Source of the DNA: Eledone cirrhosa
Taxonomy: Eukaryota
Assembly (NCBI GenBank): GCA_964016885.1
Contig: OZ024766.1
Location: 13,454,001-13,518,000 of the forward strand
Direction of reading: 5' to 3'
DNA: 64,000 bases
Below, in pieces: positions 61,301 through 64,000 of this stretch; position 1 is the stretch's first letter, and each line of letters begins with the position of its first letter. The notes beneath the pieces were generated by a model. The model was not told the DNA's origin. It made no database searches and saw only the letters and a list, made by a program, of their open reading frames with translations. The position numbers and the translations under genes were made by a program.

Positions 61301-64000
61301 TACCATGACTTAAATGAATTCTCACCAACAATGGAGTTACTTCTGACAGCTAATAACATGACTTAAATGAATTCTCACCAACAGTGGAGTTACTTCTGAC
61401 AGCTAATACCATGAACTTAAATGAATTCTCACCAACAGTGGAGTTCCTTCTGACAGCTAATACCATGAACTTAAACGAATTCTCACCAACATTGGAGTTA
61501 CTTCTGACAGCTAGTACCCTGAACTTAAATGAATTCTCACCAACAGTGGAGTTACTTCTGACAGCTAATACCATGAACTTAAATGAATTCTCACCAACAG
61601 TGGAGTTCGTTCTGACAGCTAATACCATGAACTTAAATGAATTCTCACCAACATTGGAGTTACTTCTGACAGCTAGTACCATGGCTTAAATGAATTCTCA
61701 CCAACATTGGAGTTACTTCTGACAGCTAGTACCATGAACTTAAATGAATTCTCACCAACAGTGGAGTTACCTCTGACAGCTAATACCATGAACTTAAATG
61801 AATTCTCACCAACAGTGGAGTTACTTCTGACAGCTAATACCATGAACTTAAATGAATTCTCACCAACAGTGGAGTTACTTCTGACAGCTAATACCATGAA
61901 CTTAAATGAATTCTCACCAACATTGGAGTTACTTCTGACAGCTAATACCATGACTTAAATGAATTCTCACCAACAGTGGAGTTACTTCTGACAGCTAATA
62001 CCATGAACTTAAATGAATTCTCACCAACATTGGAGTTACTTCTGACAGCTAGTACCATGAACTTAAATGAATTCTCACCAACAGTGGAGTTACTTCTGAC
62101 AGCTAATACCATGAACTTAAATGAATTCTCACCAACATTGGAGTTACTTCTGACAGCTAATACCATGACTTAAATGAATTCTCACCAACAGTGGCGTTCC
62201 TTCTGACAGCTAATACCATGAACTTAAATGAATTCTCACCGACAGTGGAGTTACTTCTGACAGCTAGTACCATGACTTAAATGAATTCTCACCAACATTG
62301 GAGTTCCTTCTGACAGCTAATACCATGAACTTAAATGAATTCTCACCAACAGTGGAGTTACTTCTGACAGCTAATACCATGAACTTAAATGAATTCTCAC
62401 CAACAGTGGAGTTACTTCTGACAGCTAATACCATGAACTTAAATGAATTCTCACCAACATTGGAGTGACTTCTGACAGCTAATACCATGAACTTAAATGT
62501 ATTCTCACCAACAGTGGAGTGACTTCCGACAGCTAGTACCATGAACTTAAATGAATTCTCACCAACAGTGGAGTTACTTCTGACAGCTAATACCATGACT
62601 TAAATGAATTCTCACCAACAGTGGAGTTACTTCTGACAGCTAATACCATGAACTTAAATGAATTCTCACCAACAGTGGATTTACTTCTGACAGCTAGTAC
62701 CATGAACTTAAATGAATTCTCACCAACATTGGAGTTACTTCTGACAACTAATACCATGACTTAAATGAATTCTCACCAACAGTGGAGTTACTTCTGACAA
62801 ACTAATAGCATGAACTTAAATGAATTCTCACCAACAGTGGAGTTACTTCTGACAGCTAGTACCATGAACTTAAATGAATTCTCACCAACAGTGGAGTTAC
62901 TTCTGACAGCTAATACCATGAACTTAAATGAATTCTCACCAACAGTGGAGTTACTTCTGACAGCTAATACCATGAACTTAAATGAATTCTCACCAACATT
63001 GGAGTTACTTCTGACAGCTAATACCATGACTTAAATGAATTCTCACCAACATTGGAGTTACTTCTGACAGCTAGTACCCTGAACTTAAATGAATTCTCAC
63101 CAACAGTGGAGTTACTTCTGACAGCTAATACCATGAACTTAAATGAATTCTCACCAACAGTGGAGTTCGTTCTGACAGCTAATACCATGAACTTAAATGA
63201 ATTCTCACCAACATTGGAGTTACTTCTGACAGCTAGTACCATGGCTTAAATGAATTCTCACCAACATTGGAGTTACTTCTGACAACTAATACCATGACTT
63301 AAATGAATTCTCACCAACAGTGGAGTTACTTCTGACAAACTAATACCATGATCTTAAATGAATTCTCACCAACAGTGGAGTTACTTCTGACAGCTAGTAC
63401 CATGAACTTACATGAATTCTCACCAACAGTGGAGTTCCTTCTGACAGCTAATACCATGAACTTAAATGAATTCTCACCAACAGTGGAGTTACTTCTGACA
63501 GCTAATACCATGAACTTAAATGAATTCTCACCAACAGTGGAGTTACTTCTGACAGCTAATACCATGAACTTAAATGAATTCTCACCAACATTGGAGTGAC
63601 TTCTGACAGCTAATACCATGAACTTAAATGAATTCTCACCAACATTGGGGTTACTTCGGACAGCTAGTACCATGAACTTAAATGAATTCTCACCAACAGT
63701 GGAGTGACTTCTGACAGCTAATACCATGAACTTAAATGAATTCTCACCAACATTGGAGTGACTTCTGACAGCTAATACCATGAACTTAAATGAATTCTCA
63801 CCAACAGTGGAGTTACTTCTGACAGCTAATACCATGAACTTAAATGAATTCTCACCAACAGTGGAGTTACTTCTGACAGCTAATACCATGAACTTAAATG
63901 AATTCTCACCAACAGTGGCGTTCCTTCTGACAGCTAATACCATGAACTTAAATGAATTCTCACCGACAGTGGAGTTACTTCTGACAGCTAGTACCATGAC
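55370..64000. repeat. Direct duplication ~55370-56310 / ~63060-64000 (offset 7690); ~55000-55580 also recurs at offset 6130
   Basis: ORFs 55636/63326 and 55658/63348. The variants ATGATCTT and CTTCGGAC were seen only at these two places. ORF pair 55220/61350 gives the 6130 offset. Confidence 0.85.
56200..63000. repeat. ~0.9-1.2-kb higher-order repeat cluster (periods 1237, 1183, 859 bp, plus a further copy near 62.2 kb)
   Basis: Near-identical 110-aa pseudo-ORF at 56512, 57749, 58932, 59791 and 62264. Markers CACCGAC, TGTATTC+CTTCCGAC, GTGGATT, AATAGC. Confidence 0.88.

Larger units (their letters stand above)
1..64000. repeat. 54-bp tandem satellite DNA array (EcoRI site in each monomer), ~1,190 head-to-tail copies, running off both window ends
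   Basis: The monomer GAATTCTCACCAACAGTGGAGTTACTTCTGACAGCTAATACCATGAACTTAAAT repeats from the first base to the last, usually with 0-3 differences per copy. Common variants (numbered from the G of GAATTC): G16T, A38G, loss of one A in ATGAAC (53 bp), A24C, T23G, A20C, and GACAGCT>GACAAACT (55 bp). No inversion or foreign insert seen. Confidence 0.99.

Noticed and set aside
5-63997. The many ORFs on both strands as protein-coding genes
   Set aside because: All are translations of the satellite monomer. Their ends are set by 53/55-bp indel units or TGA variants, they overlap antisense, and they have no unique N- or C-terminal domains or regulatory context.
1-64000. CRISPR array or other repeat-spacer system
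   Set aside because: There are no unique spacers. The entire 54 bp is repeated with only point variants, and no cas genes or leader are present.
1-64000. Rolling-circle or amplification concatemer, or synthetic construct
   Set aside because: Variants recur in ordered, nested, region-specific patterns that imply descent by successive duplications rather than random errors on one template. Individual perfect duplications could still be assembly artefacts.
1-64000. Single fixed-length HOR, or a code written in the order of variants
   Set aside because: Periods are irregular (377, 485, 859-1237, 1667, 1779-2857, 3122, 6777, 9855 bp), and ordinary duplication and deletion explain the order adequately.
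1-64000. tRNA, 5S, spliced-leader or snRNA tandem gene array, telomeric repeat, or transposon ends
   Set aside because: The unit is too short and shows no cloverleaf, recognisable A/B boxes, poly-T terminator, G-rich telomere motif, terminal inverted repeats or target-site duplications.

Overview
The whole 64 kb window is one uninterrupted, head-to-tail satellite array of a 54-bp monomer. The consensus is GAATTCTCACCAACAGTGGAGTTACTTCTGACAGCTAATACCATGAACTTAAAT (about 37% GC, one EcoRI site per unit, no CpG), present in roughly 1,190 copies, all in the same orientation. I see no unique sequence, genes, RNA genes, CRISPR spacers or transposons. All listed ORFs arise because the 54-mer happens to lack stops in one frame on each strand, and frequent 53-bp and 55-bp monomers break them. 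I found no gene-based biological system. The information in the window lies in how the monomer variants are arranged. They define variant domains in the order A-B-C-B'-C', nested duplications from 377 bp to about 10 kb, a young ~2-kb higher-order repeat, a recurrent 53+55-bp dimer, and chimeric monomers that mark duplication breakpoints and let the events be ordered. Size and organisation resemble eukaryotic centromeric or heterochromatic satellite, but I cannot name the organism or satellite family. Block boundaries were read by eye and are accurate to about one or two monomers.
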